This document shows, one piece after another, positions 51,475 through 64,000 of a stretch of DNA of 64,000 nt. The stretch covers positions 5,518,001 to 5,582,000 of the forward strand of contig OZ059900.1 of the NCBI GenBank assembly GCA_964057225.1, in the 5' to 3' direction. This stretch comes from Auanema rhodensis. Lineage: Eukaryota; Animalia; Nematoda. Each line of letters opens with the position of its first letter. Position 1 is the first letter of the stretch. Position numbers and translations under genes: made by a program. Under the pieces are notes generated by a model. That model saw only the letters and a list, made by a program, of their open reading frames with translations, ran no database searches and was not told the DNA's origin.

Positions 51475-54400
51475 TCATGCTGGTGAAGAACAATCTGTGA
51501 ACAACCTGTAAAAAAATTATTTTTCATACTTTTTTTTTTACTAGCAACTTACTTAGCCAGTCGTTTTTGAAGCATTTGAACTATGTCCGTAGCCTTATCA
51601 TTTTTGCTCCACTTCAAAAGAAAATCTTGTTCAGAAATCGTCGAGTCATTTCTCGGGTGATTCAAACGTGAAAGAGAATTGCTAACGAGCTTGTAATAAA
51701 AAGAATTTTCCTGCAAGAAATAATTTTGTCATCAATGACATATCTATAAATGCTAAGTACATCTATGGTAACCGTTTCATCATGCACGATAATATGATAA
51801 TAATGAGAATTTTCTGCCTTCCCACGTAATGTATCGTTGACTTCACTGCCGCTAAAATAAAAAATTGATAGACCAATTCCACATCTCCGGGTACCTGGAT
51901 AATGGCATCCAAATAAAAATATGATCAACTGTGCTATCATCAAAGCGGGCACAATCAGGCATGTTTAAATAATAACTAAGTGGAGGTATTATTCTGCAAT
52001 AAGCATTTATCAGGTGTTATAATATATTCTCAACTTCGTCCAGATAGGTTCTGCATTATTCGGTTTTGTCGTATTGATTAGGTGTTTAAGATTATCAGAA
52101 CTCGTTGAACAGAAAGATAATCTATAAGGGTTATTCAAATACTTATCATAATAAGCAAAATAAGTAATAACCGATTTTCCTAAATTTGTGAAATATTATC
52201 GTGTGTTTGTATTTATTTTTTGAGTACCTGCCCATTGATATTTGGTAATGTTAGTATTTAAACTAGTCATTGGTTTCAAGTCAAATCCTTCTCCAAATTG
52301 AGATATTACTTCATTAAGCTAAAAAATAAAACTATGCTATATTCCTAATAGTAGTATTAAAACCATTAACCGATAGTTTATATCAGTAGCATTGTTTATT
52401 TCGATTCCGAAATAAATATTGGCAGTCATTTTGTTAATACATGTCGGCGGTGGTATATCTAAATATTTACCATTGTTTTAGAATAACACAGTTTTATCTC
52501 ATGTTACCAGGTAACTTCACAGGTAACTGCTCAACTGGAATATCTATGATAAACTTCATTGTGGAAAACCCTTCGTCCACAGAATCAATCTCATTTATCT
52601 TGCCCGATGATGCTGTTGCACGCATATCATCCAAATTTTTAACATCATCAATAAACGGCTTATATATAGTACCTAGACCAAAATAGCTGAAAAAATCGTT
52701 CATTGTCTATGAATTGAAAAGTAGGAATCTAACATACCTCATTTTCAGACCAATTGTTTTGAGCTTATCAGACGCAGTTTTATTTACTGTTAACCTAGAA
52801 ATTTTCATACATTTGTAATTAAATAAGGTTGAACACTAACGCCATTTGACTAAATGCAAAGATCTGTAATGTTTGTTCCTTCTCCTCACCCAATATGAAT
52901 AAAAGGGCACTTGAAAGAAGTATGTTTTTTGTTATATGAAAGGATTTTGTTTAAACCTGCTTATGTCTTGCTCTTCGTCATTTTTTAATCGAGAGATCGT
53001 GAATTTATCAAGGTCATTCATAAACTCATGCAAGTCGGAATAAGTCGTCGATTTCTTTGAAATATTCTTGGTAAAATCGTAGTTAGTTCCAACTAGAGTT
53101 ATTTTCATATCTGCCATATTAAAACTTGACACATATGATATGATTGTATTCTGTAACAAATTCAAGTATCAATAATTATTAATAAAAAAGTACGATTTGG
53201 ATTGAATATAATCTGTCGCCAAATCCATTCACATCAATTAAAAAGGCTAATTCCTGTTTTTGCATTGAGGACTGCTCGGCACCTCAAAACGTTTTTGTCA
53301 GATTCATACCACAAACCTGAACTTACACATTTTGCCACAATACTCTGGTTCGCATGCACATGTTAAACTCGATTTGTACAACGTGTGCTTGTCACATCGA
53401 GGATAACTGCAATCAGTTCCATACCAATCATCATCGCAAAGACAATTAGTGTTTCCAGGTTTACCATGATTGCAGTTATCTGAAATTTTGAGATTAAACG
53501 CACTCTTGTTCAAAACTGATACCTAATGTAGGCTTGAAGCAGGGAATAATTTTTTGCTCCTGATATTTACTGTTAGCTGCATTAAAAGTAACTATCTATA
53601 AAAACATTTAAAAATGAAAATACGAAAATATGTAAAGTACTTTAAGTTTGTAAGCGTTATTTTGAGCACAGTAGTTGTCTACAACTAAAGAAAGATCGGT
53701 AAAATATGGATAAACACAGTCTGATCCATTTCGTAAAGTAGCAGGAATTCGAACTTGTGAGTCATCATTTAAGTCGGATATTTCAACATATGGAAAATTG
53801 TTGGTACTGAATGGCAGAGAGTTTGAAGTGTAGAAGGATACGATGTTGTTATCTAAAAACGAAAAGTAAACCTATATAATCATATTATTGAGCACAAAAA
53901 TATATCAAAATACTAATACTGACTTTCATCTGATCCCAAGTTAAGCAATTGATTCTCAGATTTGGAATGAAATCCATAAGCTAACTGAAAAATTGAATTA
54001 GAACAATGAAAATATGAGAACACAGTGCCTTTGAAGAAGAAATACGTTCAATTGAATAAGAATACGGATTATCCGATTTTGTAAGCTGAATCGTAGTTTG
54101 TTTTGCTGGATCAATTTCATATCTTTCATCAGTCGGATTTAGAGGTTCATTTCCTTGTGTAACGATAACGGTCGCAAATTTCTGATGCACAAAAATCATT
54201 TTCGTTTTTGATGTGATATCAGCGTCAATAGTGAGTTTTGTACTGCTCTCTTGGTTATATGCAGAATCAACTACTACAAGTGATTGCCCATAATCACTGA
54301 ATACAAATTTCAAATATTTTTTTGCATACTGTAAAAAAAAGTTGTTTTCTTGTCATAATTCAATCCAAAACCTCTGAAAACTTTCCTTTGTAGGGCAAGC

Positions 54401-57400
54401 CATTTCCCAACTTTGATAATTTTTCTAAACTGGGTGAAAGAGGGTTAGAACTATCGAATTGAATGCGTAAGTCATATCGAGATGCAGCAAATTGGTTTTG
54501 TATATCTTTGAATGTTTCTTCTGCTATGTCGATATTAATGTTGTTCAATGATAATACGACGAATCCACGATTTGACACCTGAAAAAAAGTTGTAATTTTT
54601 ATCAATATACATTATTTTGAATATGCCTGAGCTCTCATAGCTAAAAGGGTTGCTTCTATGATGCATTGCCCATCCTGGTTATTTGCAGTACCGGTACCGA
54701 TTAAAGAATCTTTCAAATCAGCTGCACTGGTAGATAGCTTTGTGAGAATAGGCGTATTATTTTTACCTAAAATGACGTATTATTGTATATTGAGGAACAT
54801 TCGATAATACATGTAGCAACAACAATTTGTTTCCCAGTTAAATAAGATAAATCGCCAAGGTCTTCTGTGGATGTAATTGCTCCTGGCTGAACAACAATTA
54901 TAATTGTACCGATTTCGGATCTAATCTCAGGTCTATTTAGCTCATCAACACACTTTTCAGAGTCTAAACATATGCTGAAAATTTTAAAATAAAAATTATA
55001 GAAACTTATTTCGCAGAAATCGCCTGTAAAGTTTTTTACACATCTACAAAATCCATTTTCTTGCAATTTTCCATTATTTAAACAAAATCTTTTCTCGCAA
55101 TTTTCACCAACGAATCCAGTGTTACATATACACTTTTCGTTCTATAATATTTTGAATTATTTTAATCGTCAATATATAGAAAGCTTACAATGTAAGAACC
55201 TCCATGTAAGCACTCATTTTTTTGAGCACATGTTAAAGTTTGAATACGACTTTCCTGTACTGAATCATTGAATGTTGTAAGTGTCTGAAGTGCATATAAA
55301 TCTTGTTATACATACATAGATCAGTTTTACCTTAAAATAGTAGATATCATTCTTATTACTGCAAGTGAATTGATAATCCCAGTAATAGTTATATTGGCTA
55401 AAATTTCGTTCTGTTAAGATTCCGTTGAAAACTTTCTGTATGAAAAACAAATTGATTAGATGAGTATAATTCTCTAATAACTTACGGTTAGATTAGAATC
55501 GAATAATGTGATATCAACCCTTACACTGGTATTTGGCATTTGTTTAATTGAGAAAATAGGGATTTGAGGTTTTTCTGCTCCTGAAACTCTTCGTATGAGC
55601 TCAGTGATGAAAAATAAACTGAGAAAGCTAAAAATGTTTACCAAACTCTAATCCGCCGGAAGAGAATTCAGTTTCATAATTATCAGTGAAAGCTAAGGTT
55701 GAGGGAGTCGAGCTTTGGCTAGTATAGATAGTTGTGCTATGCTGAAATAGATTAGTGTGACAAAATATTTAAAAATTATGCGTTTGTATCACATGTATAG
55801 TTTCTGGTATAACTTTAGTGGTTAGTAAATGACTCCCGGCTGGCAATGATTGATTATGGTAAATCCATAATCCTGTCAAAGCAGTAGCTGGAGTTACTTG
55901 TCCACCATCCAGTGTACAGCTAACCACTTAAAACAATTAGCTACATGTTTTAATTTTTTCAATTTTTACTCGTTCCAGGTTCAGCTTGTACAATGACAAA
56001 TACATCTTGGTTGGAGGAAAGTGTGAAACTTTGATTGGTAGAAATTGTTCTTTCAAATATATACTGACTAATAACATCTAGATTATAAGGCAAGTCAAAA
56101 TAGCTTTGATAAAACTGAAATATTATGATTATAGAAAAATTTGAGCTCATAGAACATACTTTTTGTAAATCATCATTATTTTTAACAGTAACAAAGAAAC
56201 CACCAGTTCTTTCCGCAAGCTGTCTAAAGTTCTGAGTGGTTGATAAGGACATTGTAAACTTATCAAGACCATAGCTAACAACATATATCTGTATAAATTT
56301 TCATTTCAGTTTAAAACTTTAATGTTTAAGCATACTCTGCTCCTGATCTTATTCGCAACCAATTCAAGATCAGCTAGAGCCGTGACATTGGTATTAGTAT
56401 TGTTACGATCAACAAAAACAATTATATCTTGAGAACAATTATTTTCAGATGCAGTGTAAACAATAAAAAATATCACCTGAAAAGGTTGAAAAATCCTCAT
56501 ACATAAAAGTTTCGAGAGTGTCTTGGATAGCAGAAACAAAAGCCGCTTCACCAATTGAATTGTTGCTTTCATGAACTTGTTTCATAAACAATGTTATGTA
56601 ATCACTAATATCGTTTGCATACTGAAAAAAAATATCATAGACCAGTTACGCAATTTTTGAAACTTTAGTAGACAATGGATTATCTTGGAATAGATTCACA
56701 TAATATCTTTCGTACTTATTATTTTTTGAAACGAAATCAACTAAATGTTCAATCATGTTTCCTGGGTGTACAAAAAGAGTCTCACTGAAATGTATTTTTG
56801 ATTATCTGGTTAGATAAAATGTTGATACGTTGTCGCTTTGGAATTGTAAGCGATAATAGCGAGCGTTTTTGGGTTGTTACTTGTTTCTACTAAAATTCGT
56901 TGATCGGCATTATTTGGATCTTCTTTGGTTTCAAGAAGAACATCATCGCGTTTGATATCATCATGTGAATCCTGTTCGGGGGTTAAAAAATCTGCAAAAA
57001 ACTGCAATATATTGGTAGAAAATAATTATTCAACTTGAACACATGAAAGGTGTAACAGATGATACGGTCTGGCTATCTTGAATGATCAAAGCAAATATTT
57101 TCTCTTCTGAGCACTTTACTGTTCCAAGAACTGTTGAAAATTGACAGTTTGGCCGTTGTTGTATACTCCTTATTACACCGGAGTTTGCATTGAAAAAAGC
57201 AACTGTTTTAAGAGGATTAGAATCAGATCCTTTCCATTGGATGTTAGCTACTAGTAACCGTGTAGAATCTGGAAAGGTTTATAGATCTCGTGTAGCATAC
57301 CACATTCTTACTCTTCATTACATATGGAGATAGAGCATCAATTTCGTAACTTGTTGTAACCGAAGTATATGCTTCAAGTCGACGTTTTGCGTAAACATAA

Positions 57401-59114
57401 TATGTAAACAATTCTTGGCTGAATAACATAAGACTAGATAAATTTTTGCCTGTAGCACTGAAATCAATAATATGTAAAAATAATACATATATAAAAACTA
57501 TTATTTTCTGTTGGATGACATAAAATCACTTACCTATAGACAAACCAATATCCTGTATTTTTAACAAGTTTATAGCCTGGGAAATCAATTGGTTTGCTTC
57601 CTACAAACATATTTTTATATATACATACAACATAAATCTTTCAATCCTAACCAAAAGAACTATTGGTTCTGAATATTATATAATATTCATCTATTCCCAA
57701 ATTTACCGAACATGGTACCCCTACTTTTCCAATAGTAGCTGGACCATAGCCGTCAACCGCAATTTGTTCCAAAAATTGAACAACCTCAAGCAAATATTTT
57801 AAATATCTCATAGAGAGATGAAACACAATGGTAAATAAAGAATGAAAAAACTATTAACTTCAGAAGCACTCGAATTTCCCACTAGAGTATTCTCATGGCC
57901 AAAATATGGAGTGATGTAGTTACCCATTGTCCATTCAGATAAATGACGATAATTCTTAAGTAATTGAGAAAAGTAGAAATGACTTTCATAATATATACCA
58001 TTATACTATTGTAATCGTCTGAATTGATTAAACTCCCTCTTGGTTCGTAAAATATAGTGTTAATCTGAATTTTATAATAAGCGAACTAGATTCCACTAAA
58101 AACCTACCGTAATTCGTCTGGAAATAGCAATTCGAACAGCTGAACTTAATGATGAATCAGTTGAATTATTTGGCCAAATATTTCCAAAAATATAAAGCTG
58201 AAAAAAACTGAGGCTAAACTTTTTTATATATTAACAGCATATTTAAATATATCTATCCAAACCTTCGAAGTTGCAGGAAGCTGTTTAACAATTTCAGCAA
58301 CCGTGGCTAAGCTTATATTAGTTGTACACTCGGTATCATCACAAAAAGCTCCAACATAACTATGGAAATTCTTATAACAATTCTCATGATCTTTTTCTTC
58401 CCAATAGGAATCAATCTATAATTTGCAATTTCACAAACAATTACTTGAAGATAAAGTACGAACATCCAAATAAAAAACCACTTTATCATACTGAGTTGAG
58501 TTCCATGATTTACAAATAGCTTCTACTGGATCATCATTTGATTTTTTTATCTTTTGTTCGAAATCCTTGTTGTACGTTATATATGCAGCTAATACTCTCT
58601 CCTTTGGCATACTAAACGTATTTTCACTACCTTTAACGCAGCGAACTGAAAAATATGCATTTAGATAAAATTTAATCCTTGTTTTTTGAACTGGATGACT
58701 TTCTTCTTTTTAACTATTATTATTACTTTATAAGTAATAATAATAGCTAGAATTTCAAAAATTTTGAACAGTTTAATTTACCAGCTTCACAATTTTGTCC
58801 TAAGTACCCTAAAGGGCACAAACATCGATTATCGTTTGGGTTATATCCATCGTTCACACATTTTTGAGTTCCACAATCTTGCCCAGAAAAAAACGGCTGG
58901 CGGCATACGCAACTTTGATTTTGACTATAGCCATCATGTTGACATTCACCTATATTAATTGACATGGAAAGAGTGAGCACGAAAACTGTGTTGCTTCAAA
59001 ACTAACTGCTTACCTACCTTTGTAACTCTCAGACGTATAGAAGTTCCTTTGATAGGATAGTGATACAGTTGCTAGTGTAAATGCTAACAGGCTTAATGTT
59101 CCATTCACTTTCAT
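51475..59114 (-). CDS. Large secreted multi-exon protein with EGF-like repeats and vWA/MD-like modules (irg-7-like family)
   Basis: The signal peptide is MKVNGTLSLLAFTLATVSLS. EGF-like clusters lie at ~58780-58950 (CVC...FFSGQDC, CLCPLGYLGQNCE), ~55010-55220 and ~53330-53480. vWA-like segments include LAERTGGFFV, LSEWTMGNY and LAFLIDVNG. The model splices in phase to TGA at 51475-51477. Confidence 0.8.
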
Positions 59115-59326
59115 TCCAAAAACAACCAAAGTTAAAGACAATACAAAAATAGATAGTATAAACATATAAAATGGCATATGAAGAAAGAAGAAGTAAAATT
59201 TACGAAAAAAAAATAATTTTCTCACAAATTAGTTGCATTCATGTTAAGAGTGAGCTGTTTCAACTTATTAACCAATTATACTCGACACACCCTTCACACG
59301 CCATATCTTTTGCTTGTATAGGGAAG

Positions 59327-59352
59327 AGATAAACGACTTGATAACGCTATCA
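59327..59352. promoter_or_regulatory. Cluster of three GATA sites upstream of the EGF/vWA gene
   Basis: AGATAA (59327), TGATAA (59339) and CTATCA (59347) fall within 26 bp, ~215 bp upstream of the ATG. This is typical of intestinal ELT-2 targets. Confidence 0.45.
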
Positions 59353-60387
59353 TTCATCGAGTTCAGAACTTATATACTCTTAAAAATTTCATTCAATGAA
59401 AATTTTTTTACTGCGATTCAGTTGATTGCATTTAAAACTCTTCTTGAAGTAGTAACTAAAATAGCAGTGACCAGGACTACATGAAATTGTGAAAAACATT
59501 TCTGACCATTAAAAAACCATTTTCTTGAGCATCATACAAAACTTTTTAGCAATATTACATTTATTGTATTTCTTTGTTACAATTTTCAATCATATTTTGT
59601 TTACAAAACCATAAGGTTGAAGAAATGGTGAAACATAAATGACAACGAAATGTTGAGATAAATGTATAAGAAGAAACAAATAAAATTAAGCAATACTTCA
59701 TTATTGCTTGTCATGACTTCATTAATCACCAAAAGAAAGAAATACAGATGCTCATTAGAAAAGAACGGACAGCATCAAGAATAAACATTATTAAAATGAT
59801 AAGAAAGTAAGAGCAATTCTATACAAGCACTTAGACTGGATTTAGACACATTTTTGAGTGCTTGAATAAGGACACATAGATTAATGAGGTGTTCATTCTA
59901 ACTAAGAATATCATCACAATATGTTAAGAGGTAGAGCATTAATAGGCAATATATTGAGGATATAAAAACGAAGAAATGATAAGGTAGTTATTATATAAAA
60001 TAATAAATATTATTATGATAGTATATTATAATATTTTAATGACATTCTGAGTTCAGATCAAAATTCGAATCATTGTTTTTAGGGTTTTCGAGGAAAGAAT
60101 CATGAGAAATCTCCAAAAAATCTATATACCCGATTTCAAGAGAATGCTGATTAAATAAAAACACGTAAAAAGCTCTTTCCTATACCCAAAATGAAGAACT
60201 CAACTAATAAGACAGTCGGAAGTCAATATTACAATATTTTTGAACAAGAAAAGTATTTTACATAAGTGAAGAAAATGGAAAACAAGAAAAAGTAGAACAA
60301 ATAATTATTTCTTTCTAAAGAGTATTTGAAATATTAAATTCTACTTGCACCATGATTTCATGCATTCTCCCGTTGATCTTTAATCAT

Positions 60388-63300
60388 TTAATTGACATGG
60401 ATGGATTCCACTTTCTTCCAGATATCGCAGTATTCATTCTGAATTTGAGATTGCCATGTCCGTCTCTTTTTAGCCATTTCCACTATTTTTTCGGGAGCAC
60501 TATTCGGGAATTGTGTTCCAAGATTTTCTAACTTAAACACAAACAAATTATGCAAAAATTGAGAGTAAAATCTAACTTTATCTTCACATGTCCTTAAAAA
60601 ATAAAATTTCATATGATAGCATCGATGATACAGCATAGCCATAGAAGCGCAACTACTACATGCAAATAATTCCTGAAAATATTTTTTTCCGTGTAATAAT
60701 AAAAAAAGAAATTTTACAATAGCAGGAAGCTCATCATTGTTCACTTCATTTGAAGATGGTAGGTTTAACGTTTCTTCGTCATAAGCCTGCCTACCCATAA
60801 GTTGTAGTATGCATTCTACGGTTCGCTTTAATCCAAAGCATAGCTAAATTGAATGCATTTATGGCTTAAACAAAATTTTAGATAAAATAATTATTCACTT
60901 GACATGGTGTACAATTCTCGTAGCTATCGTCGTTCACAATATTAAGACAGGCGTAAGAATGCAATGCCTTTTCGAAATTCTCTGAGAATCGCATTCTTTG
61001 ATGCAGTTTTTTGATACAAGAAGCATTAACTTCATCGATTTCATTTTTAGCTCGTAAATAGCTCCAGTCTGTAATTACAAAATAATGATTTTAAAAATAA
61101 TGTTCAAACCAGTTTTTAATTTGGCAGATTGTAAGTAATCCATCGTAAATGCCTGGTCAATCATGCAAACTGTATATGTATACAGCGCATCAATCAAGCC
61201 ATCTCCGTTTCCTCGCATAACATATGCCTCTTCTACATCTTCTATAAACATTAACACGTTTAAAAACAGTTCATGTATTTTCTTACCGTCAGGAACAACT
61301 GCAACATTTGTTTCCGAAAGAACAGATGCAGTAGCTGGAAATAACTCTGACAAAGGTACTTCTGGCTCAATGATAGCTTCGCTGCGAGTCTGCTTCAAAA
61401 CTCGCACTGAAACTTTGTAATACCCCATTGATATTTGCTCACACCATCCAGAGTACTTAAATACAACATTTTTTACTGAATAAACTGCAGCAAATAACTT
61501 ACGGTACTGCTATTTTTATAATGGAGATTTTTGGTGACTGGATCCCTACGAGGAGGAAACTTTTGCAAAAGATTCTGGTTATCAACTTTCCACAGCGCGC
61601 AATCATCTCTCAAAATATCCAATTTGTTCACAACGAATGTTCCTTTCTGAACAAGTTTGGAATTTTCTATTTAAATTTTTTATTTACTCACCGGTAGTAT
61701 ACCACAAGCTGAACCAAATTTGTTCAATCGCGATTTAGCTTGTTCAAAATGGTGCTCATTAATTCTGCGAATTTCATCCAAACTAAGCAACGGTGATTCA
61801 CTTCTTTTTTTCTGCTCAATAGCGTCTTCAGAAATATTGATTCTTTTCTTTTTGATGCACAGTTGCAACTCAGGATCATCTATATCATCAGAGCCATCTA
61901 CACTTTGAATATCCGTGCTACTTGAGCGGGTTTTGGAGGGATGGCGTTTATTTCTACTACTAGGACGGTTTTTTTCTTCCCAATCACTATCTTCATTATC
62001 TCGCCGTTTTCGCTTTCGCTTCTTCTTTTTTTTTTCATTATATGAATCTGTAGAAGGTTTTCTAGGTAACCGAATAATCAGTTTCGGAACGCGGAGCTCT
62101 GAAGATGTTCTGAAATACAGATAAAAATGAAGTTTGAAAGAATGATTGAATTACAATTTTAAGCTGTTAGGATCTCTCTGTTCTTTTGCACATTCGTTCT
62201 CGTTGAGAGATTCTGCTTTTATAAATGAACAAATAAAACGCTCTCTTTTACGTCTTCTGATTGATTCAGCCAGCGTTACTATTTCTGGATCATTGGAACG
62301 ATCTAGAGTTATAAAACTTCAGTTATGACATGTTAACTATACATACGTCCGTCCAAAGTGTCATCATGAACAGATGATGCTCCACCAGTAACTGCTGAGG
62401 TAGGGCGATTACAATCCGTAGTTCGTTTCTTGATAACATTTGAAGGCTGAATAGCAAAACATGCAAACTACCCAATTAATAATAGGAACCTGCTTCTCCG
62501 GACTGACGGCAAACCCAACACCAGGAATATATCCATTTTTTGATTTGCATTCTAATGTTTGAATATTTGTTCGAGCTGCTTTCGTTTGCTGCTAAAGTTC
62601 AAATTATACAGGATTTGATAGTATTTAATATTACATCTATTTCTTGTTGCATTTTTTCTTTCATTTTTTGAAAGCTGTTATCTTCTTCAGCATCAAAATT
62701 GTAAGCATCCCCACAACTTTCTGCAAGAAATGAATGAAATAAGAATGAAAACAACCTTAAACTATACCTTTCGGTTCAGACTGTAAATTATCGAACAGTG
62801 TGGATGTTCTATTACGCTTATAAATTGGAATCTTATTAACTTTATTTACAGGCTTCATAGAAAATGGATCTTTTGGTTTCAAGAAAAACAATTCTTGGTC
62901 AGTCAACGTTTTTGGCTTTACGCTTGTTTTATCAGCTTGAACCGTTTTACAATTTGAAATAGTTTGCTCTTGTTTTGAATCGCTCGTAACATTGATAATC
63001 TCATCTTCAATTGCAGGAGTAACCGGATCATTGACTTCCTCTTTAATCAACTTGGGCTCAATCATTTCTGAAAGAGAAGAAGAAGCAGCTGCTGCTGCAG
63101 CGGCAACAACAGCTGCTTGAGCAGCGGCTTGAGCAGCAGCAGCTTGAGCTGCAACAGCTTGAGCAGCAACGGCAGCCGACGCTTGAGCTAACAGAATTTC
63201 TTCGGTTTTTGCTTGTTGACGAAGACTTTCTTGAAACACCATAGTTTTCAATTCGTTGACCATATCTATGTTAGCAGATAATCCCGCTGCATGTAGTTGT

Positions 63301-64000
63301 CCTAAATAACAATTAGATTGTAAAGTAAATATTAGTCTTTCTACCCATGTGTAGAGCAGCTGCTTCTAATACTTGAGGAGTTAGGGTAGTTAAAGGCATC
63401 AAGCCAGCCATGGAAAACAAGGGCTGTTGTTTTACTTCTGGTTGTATTGTGGTGATGTTTGAAGGTTCGTGCTTTTCTTCCTTGACCTCAGTTTCTTCAT
63501 TTGGTGCTGGTTGATTTTGGGAAGGGGAATCTGGTGGGGTAAACTAAAAAATAGTGAATAGCAGCCATGAAATTTCGATATTACCTGGACTGGACTTAAA
63601 CCAGGTCCGCTGTCCATTCCAGGAAAGTCAAAAATAGAGTTACTTGATTTAGGAACAGACTTTTCGGATACAAATCCAAGAATACTATCTAAATCTTGAT
63701 CTTGCTCTTCTTCACCAGGAAAAGTACTGCAACAGCTTATTAAAAATATAATTCAATTCATTCAAGAAAAAACCTTTTTTTTGTTTTGATTGTAGGAGGA
63801 TCGTCGGAGAAATTCGGTTCTAACGAAGACAATGAAGAATCTATAGGACGTAAAACAGAAGATGTTGAAGTGGAATTGCAGCTCCGGTCATCGTTCCCTA
63901 TATCAGTATGCATGTAGTTTGTCTCATTCGTAGAATTGGATGGACCGAGTGAATTCTCAAATTCCTGTGATGTCTTAAATTAGAAAAAATTATTGAACTA
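60388..64000 (-). CDS. DUF4211-family nuclear protein (QSER1/PRR12-like), 5' part outside the window
   Basis: The conserved block KGTFVV...LWKVDNQNLLQKF...YKNSSTYSGW is present. The C-terminal pattern EIDEVN...FEKALHSY...AYDEETL...LYHRCYHMKFYFLRTC...W matches the QSER1/PRR12 C-terminus as I recall it. There is a basic NLS-like KKKKKRKRKRR and a poly-Ala tract. Confidence 0.8.
63086..63190 (-). repeat. Coding Ala/Gln low-complexity repeat
   Basis: AQASAAVAAQAVAAQAAAAQAAAQAAVVAAAAAA in ORF 62757-63263. Confidence 0.85.

Noticed and set aside
59114-60388. Operon linking the DUF4211 gene and the EGF/vWA gene
   Set aside because: The gap is ~1.3 kb and the downstream gene has its own GATA cluster, unlike typical ~100-bp intercistronic spacing.
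1-64000. tRNA, rRNA, SL/U snRNA genes, transposases, TTAGGC telomeric arrays or DNA-elimination break motifs
   Set aside because: I saw no cloverleaf with A/B boxes, no SL1 leader, no transposase or RT motifs and no long terminal repeats. TTAGGC occurs only as isolated hexamers. A covariance or motif search could still find things missed by eye.

Overview
This is AT-rich eukaryotic DNA from a rhabditid-type nematode, not a prokaryote. Genes are very intron-dense, with most introns about 42-50 nt, so the six-frame ORF track shows only exon fragments and shadows. Splicing by hand gives these models: a His-repeat protein gene (-, probably running off the left edge), a 12-exon orphan gene (+), a decayed spliced unit, a hidden 4-exon 96-aa tail-anchored microprotein gene (+), a Cys-rich secreted/GPI-type protein gene (+), a ~43-exon T-type Ca2+ channel (cca-1/Cav3, EEDD filter, +), epsinR/CLINT1 (rsd-3-like, -), aspartylglucosaminidase (+), a large EGF/vWA-like secreted protein (irg-7-like, -), and the 3' part of a DUF4211 QSER1/PRR12-like gene (-). 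The most notable observations are: (1) an apparently obligatory GT-AT intron in cca-1, with three weak GC-AG introns and three GAG acceptors elsewhere, suggesting relaxed splice-site rules; (2) an inverted repeat that would mask a 5' splice site and so switch the Cys-rich protein between GPI-anchored and secreted forms; (3) a Cav3 with only the three-cysteine exon-12a-type turret; (4) a pre-miRNA-like hairpin with a miR-2-family seed; (5) an orphan-gene island at 5.9-12.1 kb. All gene models are manual, family calls come from recalled motifs rather than searches, and none has been checked against RNA data.
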